DNA from: a virus
Taxonomy: Duplodnaviria; Caudoviricetes
Strand: one strand, 5' to 3'
DNA length: 32,731 nucleotides
Virus record (IMG/VR): IMGVR_UViG_3300011335_000382
Span: 1-32,731 of that record
Shown: in pieces, positions 18,318 through 27,304 of the stretch
Position numbering within the stretch: position 1 is the first letter of the stretch
How the letters are laid out: every line of letters starts with the position of its first letter
Program-made: the position numbers and the translations under genes
The notes under the pieces: generated by a model
The model's input: the letters and a program-made list of their open reading frames with translations, nothing else
The model's database searches: none
What the model was told of the DNA's origin: nothing

Positions 18318-19526
18318 ATGTTTGTAATACCCACCGCTGATGATCTAATAACGTTTGTCAAAGACTTCACTGGTTCAACCAATGACGCAGAAATCAAGCA
18401 ATGTATATTTCTTGCTGAACTATCAATGCGTAACATTGAACTACCTGCACTACGCAGTGATCCATACGCAGTGGAAAACATTGGCATAGGCGATGTGAAT
18501 GGTCGTATCAACATTCCTGGCGATATGAACAAGCCCATTGTGTTTTTTAGACAAGGCAATCAAGTCACAACCACTGCCACAGCCACAGGTGTTAGTGCGG
18601 CATTTACAATAACATTGACATCAAACCCAGGTCAAAACATATCTACTGGCATGACTGTGTCAGGCACTGGCATTGCTCCAGGAGCAGTTGTTACCAGTTC
18701 AGGTGGTGGTAGTCTAGGCAGTGTGGTCACACTCAGCGTGGCCAACTCAGGCACAGTGTCAGGAACAATAACATTTTCAACGCCAGCAGGCAACACCACA
18801 GGCAATGGTCCTTGGTTGGTGTATGACCGCATTGGTGACAGAGACATTATCAGCCAAGGCTTGTTGGCACAGCTATACATGCAACCATTCAACGTGCCAC
18901 AAGTTATTCGTGGCAAGTTTTCAGAAGTTTATAATCAGTATCAGTTCCTACCACTCATTGGTGAAGGCACTGCCATCAACATGTATTACTACAAGGCATG
19001 GCCCTTGTTGTTTAGTCCTGTAGCAAATACACTGATCAGTGCCACAGGCACAGTGGGTAGTATTAGTGGATCAGGTCCTTGGACAGCCACAATATCTGGC
19101 ATGGTCAGCAATGTGGGCCTAAACATTGGTGACACAATTGTTGCCACCGCAGGCTCTGGTAGCCTAGGTGGTGGAGGTGGTGTATATACTGTGGCCAGTT
19201 TAATCAGCACAACTGGCATCACATTCACAGCCACAGGTGGAACAACACCCACAGGGGGCACCATTACAGATATCACACTAACAGGTCAAACTGTTCAGAC
19301 CAACGCTGTGCTAAACACCTGGGCAGAAGGTTATGTGTATGCTACTCTACGTGAATATTATATTAAACGCCACAACAGCGAAGATGCCGCAATTTACGCA
19401 CAAAAATATGATAATGCTTATAACATTGTTGAAGACCAAAACAATCTAGGCAAGTGGTCAGGAGGGCATACCAAATTGACTAGTGTATGGCAACCTAGAA
19501 TTTATCGTCAATATAACATTAGATAA
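18318..19526 (+). CDS. Head-tail adaptor-like protein with two inserted Gly/Ser/Thr beta-rich domains
   Basis: N-terminal DDLITFVKDFT...IKQCIFLAE and C-terminal TNAVLNTWAEGYVYATL...YAQKY...GKWSG resemble podovirus adaptors; two GST-rich inserts lie between them. Confidence 0.65.
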   Translation: MFVIPTADDLITFVKDFTGSTNDAEIKQCIFLAELSMRNIELPALRSDPYAVENIGIGDVNGRINIPGDMNKPIVFFRQGNQVTTTATATGVSAAFTITLTSNPGQNISTGMTVSGTGIAPGAVVTSSGGGSLGSVVTLSVANSGTVSGTITFSTPAGNTTGNGPWLVYDRIGDRDIISQGLLAQLYMQPFNVPQVIRGKFSEVYNQYQFLPLIGEGTAINMYYYKAWPLLFSPVANTLISATGTVGSISGSGPWTATISGMVSNVGLNIGDTIVATAGSGSLGGGGGVYTVASLISTTGITFTATGGTTPTGGTITDITLTGQTVQTNAVLNTWAEGYVYATLREYYIKRHNSEDAAIYAQKYDNAYNIVEDQNNLGKWSGGHTKLTSVWQPRIYRQYNIR

Positions 19527-19535
19527 GGATCTTGC

Positions 19536-21404
19536 ATGCCAAGTTTATATCAAACAACTCCCGAAACAGGAACAGTAAGTTCCAGCAACAGCACCAGTTT
19601 ATATAGTAATACCACTGACTTTACCACTGGCATTGTGTCCAGTGCTGTGGCCAGTGTCAACGCTGGCACAGGTATATCAGTAAATCCCACAACAGGCAAT
19701 GTAGTTGTAACCAATACAGGTGTTACAAGTGTTGTTGCTGGTTCAGGTATAGCAGTTAGCGGTAGCACTGGTGCTGTTACCATTAGTTCAACCAGTATAG
19801 GAACAACTTATGCTATTGATGCTAGCACTACTTCAGGCGGTGCTAATTTTAACCTGACAGGCAGTGATGCCACTACAGACACTGTCAAGTTTGCCAATGG
19901 ATCAGGCATTACAGTAAGTCGCACAGATGCCAATACAATTACCATTACAAACAGTAATCCTGGTGGCACTGGTGTAACCAGTGTTACAGGCACAGCCAAT
20001 CAGATCATAGTCAGTAGTCCAACTGGTGCTATAACTTTAAGCACTCCACAAGATATTGCTACAACCAGTAATCCAACTTTTGCTGGTGCCACACTGGGTG
20101 CGGTCACAGTTGGTGTTGCTACAAACAATACAATTACAACCACCTCAGGTGATCTTGATATTACTGCTACAGGAACAAATGGTGTCAACATTACCAGTGG
20201 CACTGATGAACCAACTAGAATAACCAGAAACAGCACTACTACTAATACCAGTATTAGATCATTAGCACTAAGTGTTCAAAGCACAGGAACTCCTGCTGTG
20301 GGCTTTGGTAACAGTTTAGAATATGAAGTTGAAACAGCCGTAGGCAATACTGAACGTGCTGGCTTTGTTAGTGTAAACAGCACAGATGTAACACCTGGCA
20401 GTGAAGACTTCAGTATGTTCTTTGGTTTAATGACAGGCGGTGCGGCTGCTAGCTCTAAAATGGTATTGGCTAATTCAGGTAATTTGACTCTAGATGGTGG
20501 CATTCGTTTGTCAGGCAGCACCAGTGGCAGTAGCATATTTTCAGCACCCGCAACAGGTTCAGTATTGAGTTATATACTGCCTGGCACAGCAGGTGCAGCC
20601 AGCACAGTTTTAACCAATGATGGTTCAGGTAATTTGACCTGGGCCTTACCTGGTGGTGGTGGTAGCACGTTTGGCAACATCACTATTGCTGTGGTTGATG
20701 ACAATACAATCTCAACCACAACAGGTGATCTTGATATTACAGCAGTAGGAAATAATGGTGTCAACATCACCAGTGGTAGTGATGGACCAACACTTATTAG
20801 CAGAACCAGCACAGTTACCAATACCAACATTAGAAGTTTAGGATTAAATTCACAAACTTCTGGAACGCCTGTTACAGGCATTGGCAACAGCATAGAATTC
20901 AGTGTGGAAACAGCACCAGGTGTTACCACAGTAGGCGGCTACCTAAGTGTGACCTCAACAGACATTACTCCTGGCAGCGAAGATTTTAAAATGAGTTTTG
21001 GCTTAATGGAAGCAGGTGCTGTCTATACTGAAGTGGCACAATTTAATAGTGTAGGTGATTTGACCATAGATGGTTTTTTAACTATAGCAAATAATCAAGC
21101 AACTGTCAACGCTGTCACTTTAACAACTACAGCAACAACTACTGTGCCATTAACAACTTCAACAAGAAACGCAATGTCAGTGTTAGTTAACATTATACAA
21201 GGTGCAAATGTGCATTGCGTAAATGCCACACTGTTACGAGTAAATGCAACCACCGCATTATTGACAACATATGGTGAAATGTATAACACTAGTTCATTGG
21301 CTAACTTTACAGCAGATGTAAGTGCTGGTTCAATGAGATTATTAATAACTCCAACAAGTGCAACAAGCACGGTATTCAGTGCGGTAAGAACCTCACTAAC
21401 ATAA
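19536..21404 (+). CDS. Tail fibre / structural protein
   Basis: T/S/G-rich, with GVTSV repeats and a VLTNDGSGNLTW motif, an internal duplication and a C-terminal beta domain. Confidence 0.75.
   Translation: MPSLYQTTPETGTVSSSNSTSLYSNTTDFTTGIVSSAVASVNAGTGISVNPTTGNVVVTNTGVTSVVAGSGIAVSGSTGAVTISSTSIGTTYAIDASTTSGGANFNLTGSDATTDTVKFANGSGITVSRTDANTITITNSNPGGTGVTSVTGTANQIIVSSPTGAITLSTPQDIATTSNPTFAGATLGAVTVGVATNNTITTTSGDLDITATGTNGVNITSGTDEPTRITRNSTTTNTSIRSLALSVQSTGTPAVGFGNSLEYEVETAVGNTERAGFVSVNSTDVTPGSEDFSMFFGLMTGGAAASSKMVLANSGNLTLDGGIRLSGSTSGSSIFSAPATGSVLSYILPGTAGAASTVLTNDGSGNLTWALPGGGGSTFGNITIAVVDDNTISTTTGDLDITAVGNNGVNITSGSDGPTLISRTSTVTNTNIRSLGLNSQTSGTPVTGIGNSIEFSVETAPGVTTVGGYLSVTSTDITPGSEDFKMSFGLMEAGAVYTEVAQFNSVGDLTIDGFLTIANNQATVNAVTLTTTATTTVPLTTSTRNAMSVLVNIIQGANVHCVNATLLRVNATTALLTTYGEMYNTSSLANFTADVSAGSMRLLITPTSATSTVFSAVRTSLT
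20125..21074 (+). repeat. Internal duplication of about 125 aa (offset 576 nt)
   Basis: NTITTTSGDLDITATGTNGVNITSG...TPGSEDFSMFFGLM...LTLDG (20125-20498) vs NTISTTTGDLDITAVGNNGVNITSG...TPGSEDFKMSFGLM...LTIDG (20701-21074). Confidence 0.9.
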
Positions 21405-21418
21405 GGATTGTGTGAATT

Positions 21419-23701
21419 ATGTCAAACGAAAAATTTAGAGTAAAATTTGGCTTAGCGGCTGGCAACTATGAAGTTACACCTGGCGTGTTTATTGATGCCG
21501 CCACAATAGATGGCGCCACTGGTGATATCTATACCAGTGGTGATGTCACTGTCAATCAAAACTTAGATGTAAATGGCAGCGCATCCTTGGGCAATAATTA
21601 TATAATTGATACAGTTGCTATCAATGGCCTAGTCACTGGCAACATTACATTTACAGACAACAGCACTACTACATTGCGTGGTATTACTGGCGCAGTGGGC
21701 GCTAATGACTATTGGAAATATGGTGGTGGAGCAACTGCCACTGATGGTGGTTATGCAGTAATTGCCACAGGTGATAACGGCACAGAACCAATCTATGTGC
21801 AACAATATAGTGGTGCCAGTGTTGTAAATCAAGTGACCTTATTGGATGGCAGTGGCAATACTATATTAAGTGGTGATTTAACAGTTACTGGAAATGACAT
21901 CAAATCCAGCACTGGGGCAGCCGCGCTTACATTTAATGATATAAATGTCAAAGTCAATGGCGAACTTACTGTTACTGGCAATACAATTCGTAGCAGTGGC
22001 GGTAGTGCATTTCCTGCAGGTGATATTGCTATTCAACTAAGCGGCTCTAATGTTACAGTTGCAGGTGATTTAGCAGTCAATGGTGGTGATATTACTACTA
22101 CACAAACAACAGGTAATTTGTTTAATACCACAGCCACCACAGTTAATCTTGCTGGAGCAGCCACCACAGTCAGCATTGGTGCCAACACAGGCACAACAAC
22201 CGTCAACAATAACTTGGTTGCTGATGACATTAGCGTAGCCACCGTAGATGCCACTAACTTAGAAGTAACCAACATCAAAGCCAAAGACGGCACAGCAGCC
22301 GCAAGCATTGCCAACACAACAGGTGCTGTCAGTATTACAACTCAACTCACAGTTGACAATATCAACATCAATGGTAACACACTGATTTCAACTGATACAA
22401 ATGGCAACATCACATTAGATCCAAACGGAACAGGTAATGTGGCAACAACATTCAGCAATGGTGGTAACGTGACCAATGATAGAAACTATATTACAGGTGC
22501 TATTCGTAATGCCACAACACAAACCACAAATGGTGACATTTGGGAACTGAATACTTCAGCCGCACAATCAGCAACTAATCCATATTTCCGTGGCGTTAGT
22601 TTAAGCAACTCAGCAGATACCACTCGTGGACCTGCTACCTTGTTGCGTAGTTATACTGGTGGTGCAGGAGCAGGTTCAGCCAGTCGTGGTCGTTTGATAT
22701 TTGAAAAAGCTCGTGGGTTTCCTGAAGGTGTCAGCACTGGTCCAGCCGCATTACAGGCCAATGACATCATGGGTTCAGTTGATGCCACAGGTTACAGTTC
22801 AACAGGTTGGCTAAATGACACCATACCAGCAGTGGGTGGATTCTTTGGATTTACAGCGTCAGAAAATTGGGTTTCAAATACCAATATTGGCACACAATTT
22901 GCTTTGACTCTGGCACCAACAGCAACAACTGTCACATCAGGTGCCAACCTGATCAATGTGTTGGGTCTAAGTCCACAAGGTGCCGTGCATCGTAGTGACA
23001 CTTATGATTTCCAACAAGGCAAATCAGGAACAACCAGCTTGTTGGCCTTGACTTCAACCTTGGCCACCTTTGTAGGTGATGTGCGTATTAACGGCAATGA
23101 CATTCAAGGCTCAGGTGGTTCAAGTGCCATCACGCTAACCAGTGCCAATACAGCAACCACTGTGCGTGGTGATGCCATTAACTTACAAACCGCCGCAAGT
23201 GTGGGCATTGTTGGCAGTGCTATCAGTTACAATCGTGTGTATGGTCAGTGGCAGAACTTAAACACTATTACACCAGCCGCAGATAATACTGCGTATGCGT
23301 TTGCACTGCCAACAATTGACTTTGCAAACGTTGCTAGTGTCAACACTACAAGCCGCATTGTTCCAGGAGCGGCTGGTTTTTACAAACTACAGTTCAGTGT
23401 TCAGGTTAGAAATGATGATAGTGCCGCAGAACACATTGCTTACTTTTGGTGGAGAAAGAATGGCACAGATGTTCCAGGATCAATGGGTCGTGTGGGTGTG
23501 CCAAAAGCCGCAGGTGCTGGCGATGCACTAACTATCGCAGGTTGGGACAATATGATTAGCAGTGCTAACACCACAGACTACTGGGAATTGATATATGCCA
23601 CAGATAGTAGCGCACACATTGACTTTCCAACATTTGCCGCAACTGCTTTTGGTCCAGCAACATCAGCATTGTTTGTTACACTAGTGCCAGTAGGCGCATA
23701 A
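21419..23701 (+). CDS. Tail fibre / receptor-binding protein
   Basis: Repeated GDLTVTGNDI-type shaft motifs; C-terminal C1q/BclA-like head (GFYKLQFSVQ...FWWRKNGTDV...DYWEL). Confidence 0.8.
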   Translation: MSNEKFRVKFGLAAGNYEVTPGVFIDAATIDGATGDIYTSGDVTVNQNLDVNGSASLGNNYIIDTVAINGLVTGNITFTDNSTTTLRGITGAVGANDYWKYGGGATATDGGYAVIATGDNGTEPIYVQQYSGASVVNQVTLLDGSGNTILSGDLTVTGNDIKSSTGAAALTFNDINVKVNGELTVTGNTIRSSGGSAFPAGDIAIQLSGSNVTVAGDLAVNGGDITTTQTTGNLFNTTATTVNLAGAATTVSIGANTGTTTVNNNLVADDISVATVDATNLEVTNIKAKDGTAAASIANTTGAVSITTQLTVDNININGNTLISTDTNGNITLDPNGTGNVATTFSNGGNVTNDRNYITGAIRNATTQTTNGDIWELNTSAAQSATNPYFRGVSLSNSADTTRGPATLLRSYTGGAGAGSASRGRLIFEKARGFPEGVSTGPAALQANDIMGSVDATGYSSTGWLNDTIPAVGGFFGFTASENWVSNTNIGTQFALTLAPTATTVTSGANLINVLGLSPQGAVHRSDTYDFQQGKSGTTSLLALTSTLATFVGDVRINGNDIQGSGGSSAITLTSANTATTVRGDAINLQTAASVGIVGSAISYNRVYGQWQNLNTITPAADNTAYAFALPTIDFANVASVNTTSRIVPGAAGFYKLQFSVQVRNDDSAAEHIAYFWWRKNGTDVPGSMGRVGVPKAAGAGDALTIAGWDNMISSANTTDYWELIYATDSSAHIDFPTFAATAFGPATSALFVTLVPVGA

Positions 23702-23702
23702 T

Positions 23703-23978
23703 ATGACAGAACGCACAAACTTGGAAACGCACGTGGATCTGTGCGAGTTAAGATATCAACAGTTGGGAGATCGTATGGACCGTGTAGAACAACGCATTGA
23801 CAGCATCAATAGTGAACTCAAACAAGTCAAGAGTGAAATGACTCAAGGTTTTGATGAAATCAAGATCATGCTGACTCAAGCCAAGGATGAAAAGTTCAAA
23901 ACAGTTGTGGTCACTGCAGGATCAATCATAGTTGCACTCTTGGGCTTGCTAGGCTACATCGTGGCTCATATACGATAA
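23703..23978 (+). CDS. Coiled-coil protein with C-terminal TM helix (holin-like)
   Basis: LETHVDLCELRY, a heptad coiled coil, then hydrophobic VVVTAGSIIVALLGLLGYIV. Confidence 0.55.
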   Translation: MTERTNLETHVDLCELRYQQLGDRMDRVEQRIDSINSELKQVKSEMTQGFDEIKIMLTQAKDEKFKTVVVTAGSIIVALLGLLGYIVAHIR

Positions 23979-23984
23979 TAACTA
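23979..23984 (+). promoter_or_regulatory. Late-type variant box TAACTA, leaderless start
   Basis: TAACTA-TATGA-ATG has the same 5-nt spacing to the ATG (23990) as at 6499 and 17730; no RBS. Confidence 0.45.
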
Positions 23985-23989
23985 TATGA

Positions 23990-24607
23990 ATGAACAAAGC
24001 ATTAGTAGCCAACAAGTGGTATCCAGAATATCAGGGTCCAGGTCAAGTATATAAAACTCAATACCCCACACCTCAAAGCATTTTGAGAGCCAGTGTGGGT
24101 GCTGTTGAATATTCTTTTGTGAGTGAAACAGTCACAACAGAACACATTAGGGCCAGTTGTGTTCTTGATCTTAACGTTCCATTTCAACACTTACTTGCCA
24201 ACGTGCCTTGGGGCATGACCTATACCACCAAAGACTGGCGCATGATCATAGTCAGTGTGGTAGATCCTGGTGCCTGGATTGAAATAGCACGTGCGTCAGG
24301 TGCCCAAGCTTGGATGAAAAGCCACGCACAAACCTGCACCTACAACTGGGAACCTCCTGAACGTGATCACACAGGCAGTAAAATACGTCCACCCAACTCA
24401 CCTGGTTCAGTGTTTTTCACAGATTGTGAACGACACTATAAGAAGAAATATGACCTACCAGAAGTCATCGCAGACCTAAACAACAGATATTTGAGCACTA
24501 GAGAAATTGGACTCAAACACAATGTGTCACAGGCCACAGTTCAAAACATTGCCAAACGAGCAGGCATCAAACTCAGACCAGGAAACCCACATCGTGTCAC
24601 GACCTAA
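23990..24607 (+). CDS. Protein with C-terminal helix-turn-helix
   Basis: LSTREIGLKHNVSQATVQNIAKRAG is an HTH pattern; the N-terminal part is unrecognised. Confidence 0.65.
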   Translation: MNKALVANKWYPEYQGPGQVYKTQYPTPQSILRASVGAVEYSFVSETVTTEHIRASCVLDLNVPFQHLLANVPWGMTYTTKDWRMIIVSVVDPGAWIEIARASGAQAWMKSHAQTCTYNWEPPERDHTGSKIRPPNSPGSVFFTDCERHYKKKYDLPEVIADLNNRYLSTREIGLKHNVSQATVQNIAKRAGIKLRPGNPHRVTT

Positions 24608-24940
24608 ACCAACTGTTATTTTTGAAAGTGTTGACGATAACATGCGATCCTACCAAGTGTGTGAGGCCGACGCTGTCTACGCTGTGTGCTATAAAGGGCG
24701 ACCTATTAAGGTCAAAACAAGGGCCAATGTTGAGATAGATTATCCTGGTGCCAAGTATGCTAAGACGAGTTTTCCTACGGCGGGCCATGCTTTTAACCTT
24801 TGTGAACGATTGAATCTAAAGTTTAGAGTTTTCCTACGGCGGGCCATGCTTTTAACCTTTGTGAACGATTGAATCTAAAGTTTAATACTGTAGACTTTAC
24901 AGTAGTTATCATGACAGTGGGTAGAACAATCAGTGAATAA
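24594..24940 (+). CDS. Phage hypothetical protein MSRPKPTV..., frameshifted by the 59-bp duplication
   Basis: GTG start after AGGA. Removing one repeat copy gives a clean 95-aa ORF ending ...LNLKFNTVDFTVVIMTVGRTISE with TAA at 24938-24940. Confidence 0.7.
24767..24884. repeat. Exact 59-bp tandem duplication
   Basis: GAGTTTTCCTACGG...GAATCTAAAGTTTA at 24767-24825 and again at 24826-24884. Confidence 0.97.
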
Positions 24941-25014
24941 AACGTTTGATTTAAGCCTGTTTTAATAGGTGAATGCTCCTAGTAGCTGGACAGGCATAAA
25001 ACAGGCGAAAACGC

Positions 25015-25042
25015 AAAAGGCACCAAAACAGGGTGCTTTTTT
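25015..25042 (+). terminator. Probable rho-independent terminator ending the late block
   Basis: AAAAGGCACC-AAAACAG-GGTGCTTTTTT. Confidence 0.65.
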
Positions 25043-25148
25043 CTTATATAGAACAACAAGATACAGTGCCTGGAAAATTAGTTTAAGAAATTACACAGGA
25101 GAGGGCACACCATCAGACACAAATTTGCGTTTATTTTGCCATACTTCA

Positions 25149-25177
25149 TTGACTTTTCGTTATGTCTGCTATATAAT
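25149..25177 (+). promoter_or_regulatory. sigma70 promoter (early P1)
   Basis: TTGACT-17 bp-TATAAT. Confidence 0.85.
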
Positions 25178-25257
25178 GTTAGTAACACAGAAATGTGTTA
25201 TACACAACGCAGACGCGATTTGTGTTAGCAAACGCTAATATAAAGGAGAACATAGCA

Positions 25258-25620
25258 ATGCATGAATTTTGGATCAAAAAACAGATACTAGGCACCAGCA
25301 CCAGCCTAAAATCCAACAACCAGCCCATGGTAACAATCATATTACAGGGCGCACACGATAACGAATCTTACCGAACTTACATTATTCGCAGTCATGACAA
25401 CTGGGACCTATGGCAAGAAGTGTTACAACATGGTAATAAAGAAATCTTAATTGGTTTTGAAACTATCAAATACATTGGCCGGGACAGAGATATTATTGAT
25501 GCTGATTGCGTTCCACGCATTATTCAAACACATTCAAAGAAACCAAGAACATCAAAGCAACAGGCTATCTTGGATCAAATTGATTCATTAAAAGTCAAAA
25601 TTGAGGACTTATTTGAATGA
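25258..25620 (+). CDS. Early hypothetical protein (start moved to 25258)
   Basis: AAAGGAG RBS before MHEFWIKK. Confidence 0.75.
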   Translation: MHEFWIKKQILGTSTSLKSNNQPMVTIILQGAHDNESYRTYIIRSHDNWDLWQEVLQHGNKEILIGFETIKYIGRDRDIIDADCVPRIIQTHSKKPRTSKQQAILDQIDSLKVKIEDLFE

Positions 25621-25814
25621 TATATTACGTAAATCATAACGCATGTCCAACCCTTGAGGACGCAGAAGAAGTGGCATTGCTTTACCGAGCCGCAGGAATA
25701 GCAGTGGACATACTTACTGAAGAAGAATACTTTGAAATAGGTTTTACTGGCAGTGTAAAAGGAAGACAACGCCTACATGAACTAGTAGAACGAGTAACAA
25801 GGACATTACAATGA
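25617..25814 (+). CDS. Early hypothetical protein
   Basis: GAGGA RBS; ATGA coupling at both ends. Confidence 0.7.
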   Translation: MIYYVNHNACPTLEDAEEVALLYRAAGIAVDILTEEEYFEIGFTGSVKGRQRLHELVERVTRTLQ

Positions 25815-26092
25815 GTCGCATGAATTACAACAGACCCAATGGTGGATATGAAAGGGAATCTTGGCGCAAAAGTTACAGTGGCAACAGTGGAATCAAAGTA
25901 AAGGCTACCAGCTTAAAAGAAACAATACAACAAGAAGATGTGTTCATTAGAGGTAAATTTCATGGCAAAAAAGTCAAAGATATAATTAAAAAAAATCCAG
26001 ATTACTGCTGTTGGGTTTTGGAGACCAATCCCAAATGTATTGTGGCTCAACAAATTATTAATCACTTTGGCAAAGAAAGGAACAAGCAATGA
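25811..26092 (+). CDS. Small protein with DUF3820 / ExoX-C-terminal-like motif
   Basis: RGKFHGKKVKDIIKKNPDYCCWVL matches the GK(H/Y)KGK...P.Y..W pattern. Confidence 0.6.
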   Translation: MSRMNYNRPNGGYERESWRKSYSGNSGIKVKATSLKETIQQEDVFIRGKFHGKKVKDIIKKNPDYCCWVLETNPKCIVAQQIINHFGKERNKQ

Positions 26093-26451
26093 ACTACTGG
26101 GTTGAATTTATAACACAAGAACAGTGGAAGCAATATCAAATTAATCTAGAAGATGACTTTCAAAATGAATGTCATATGAAAGATGTCCGCGAAGATGAAT
26201 ATTGTGAAATGGCTGACGCATATTACTGTGACACTGGTGAATTATTAACAATAGAACATTTTAATAGACTGTCACCAAACAAATGGAAACATGAGACACC
26301 AGAATATCCAACGGGACATAGTGTGTTTTGTAATTCTAAACAATCTGCACAGGAGTATGCTTTCTTAAAAAACCTAGAAGGGTGTAGAACTAGAATATTT
26401 TATTCACCTGGTAAAGATGATGATGGTGATGACTTATGGGAACAAATATGA
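26089..26451 (+). CDS. Early acidic hypothetical protein
   Basis: AAGGA RBS; ATGA coupling; D/E-rich 120 aa. Confidence 0.7.
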   Translation: MNYWVEFITQEQWKQYQINLEDDFQNECHMKDVREDEYCEMADAYYCDTGELLTIEHFNRLSPNKWKHETPEYPTGHSVFCNSKQSAQEYAFLKNLEGCRTRIFYSPGKDDDGDDLWEQI

Positions 26452-27104
26452 ACAACAGTGAACTAATGCCAGGACTAATGCCTGCACTATACAATGAGTC
26501 ACTAAAGTGGCATGCCATACAGGTCACAATTGGTGAGTGGGACACAGCCAAAGGTAAAAGCGTAGAAGCAACTGTGCAATGTAAAATGGACAAGACTGAA
26601 CGCTGGGGTGATTGTGCGTTAATGCTAAAGATGAAACTGCAAGGACGCAGTCGCAACACACGCAAGCAAGAGTATGACCTAACTGAATTATGCCTACAGT
26701 ATGGTGAAATTCCAGTGCGTGATTTTATGTTAGAACAACGAACACGACTCGGTTCAGAAGTTGCTGAGATTGCCAGTGACAACAATCCCACTTGGAAACA
26801 GGCATACTTGCGTAGTGGCTTTGGTCGCGAGCCAGGTGTGTTTATTCCAGGTCGCCCAGGTTACAAACCCTTAAACCCTGCTGTGTTTGGTTTCTTTGAC
26901 AAAGGCTCAATGACATTTGGCTTGCAAATTGGACACTTCCGTCGCATTGCTACCATGCCTACAAAACTAAGCTCGGCACAAAAGGCCAGGGGATTTGTTG
27001 CACATGACACATGGTTGCTGGATCCAATACAGTTTACTCCCAGTGCGGGTGAAAGTCCAAATGATAGACTAAGTCGTTTCATGACTAGCAAGGCGCTAAC
27101 ATAA
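26448..27104 (+). CDS. Early hypothetical protein, largest in the cassette (replication-initiator candidate by position only)
   Basis: ATGA coupling favours the 26448 start. AT-rich short repeats follow immediately. No family recognised. Confidence 0.65.
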   Translation: MNNSELMPGLMPALYNESLKWHAIQVTIGEWDTAKGKSVEATVQCKMDKTERWGDCALMLKMKLQGRSRNTRKQEYDLTELCLQYGEIPVRDFMLEQRTRLGSEVAEIASDNNPTWKQAYLRSGFGREPGVFIPGRPGYKPLNPAVFGFFDKGSMTFGLQIGHFRRIATMPTKLSSAQKARGFVAHDTWLLDPIQFTPSAGESPNDRLSRFMTSKALT

Positions 27105-27107
27105 TAC

Positions 27108-27151
27108 AGTATTAACAGTATTAAGAAGTATTATAGTATTAAGAAGTATAA
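27108..27151. repeat. Five closely spaced AGTAT(T/A)A repeats
   Basis: Copies at 27108, 27117, 27127, 27135 and 27145 in non-coding DNA. Confidence 0.85.
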
Positions 27152-27304
27152 AGAGTAGTCAGTGCCTTTGACAAGCAAATGCCCAGACATTCTTCTTGAT
27201 TTCTTCTCTGCGAGATCACTTCGCTAGGCTCGTGAGGAAGACCAAGGGGTCATGAGAGAGTAAGAGAGAGTTCCGCGATTTTAACCAACCAAAAGGATAA
27301 CAAA

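Noticed and set aside
20125-21074. Tail-fibre duplication as a diversity-generating retroelement TR/VR pair
   Set aside because: Both copies are in frame in one gene, differences are not adenine-specific, and there is no reverse transcriptase.
744-23001. Many minus-strand and nested alternative-frame ORFs in the track
   Set aside because: They are shadows of long + strand genes with repetitive Thr/Gly/Pro codons and show no recognisable motifs.
24767-24884. 59-bp repeat as CRISPR array or att site
   Set aside because: Only two directly abutting copies with no spacer, and no integrase or cas gene.
24969-25238. 89-aa ORF in the track
   Set aside because: It runs through a terminator, a consensus sigma70 promoter and leader hairpins; the region is better explained as regulatory.
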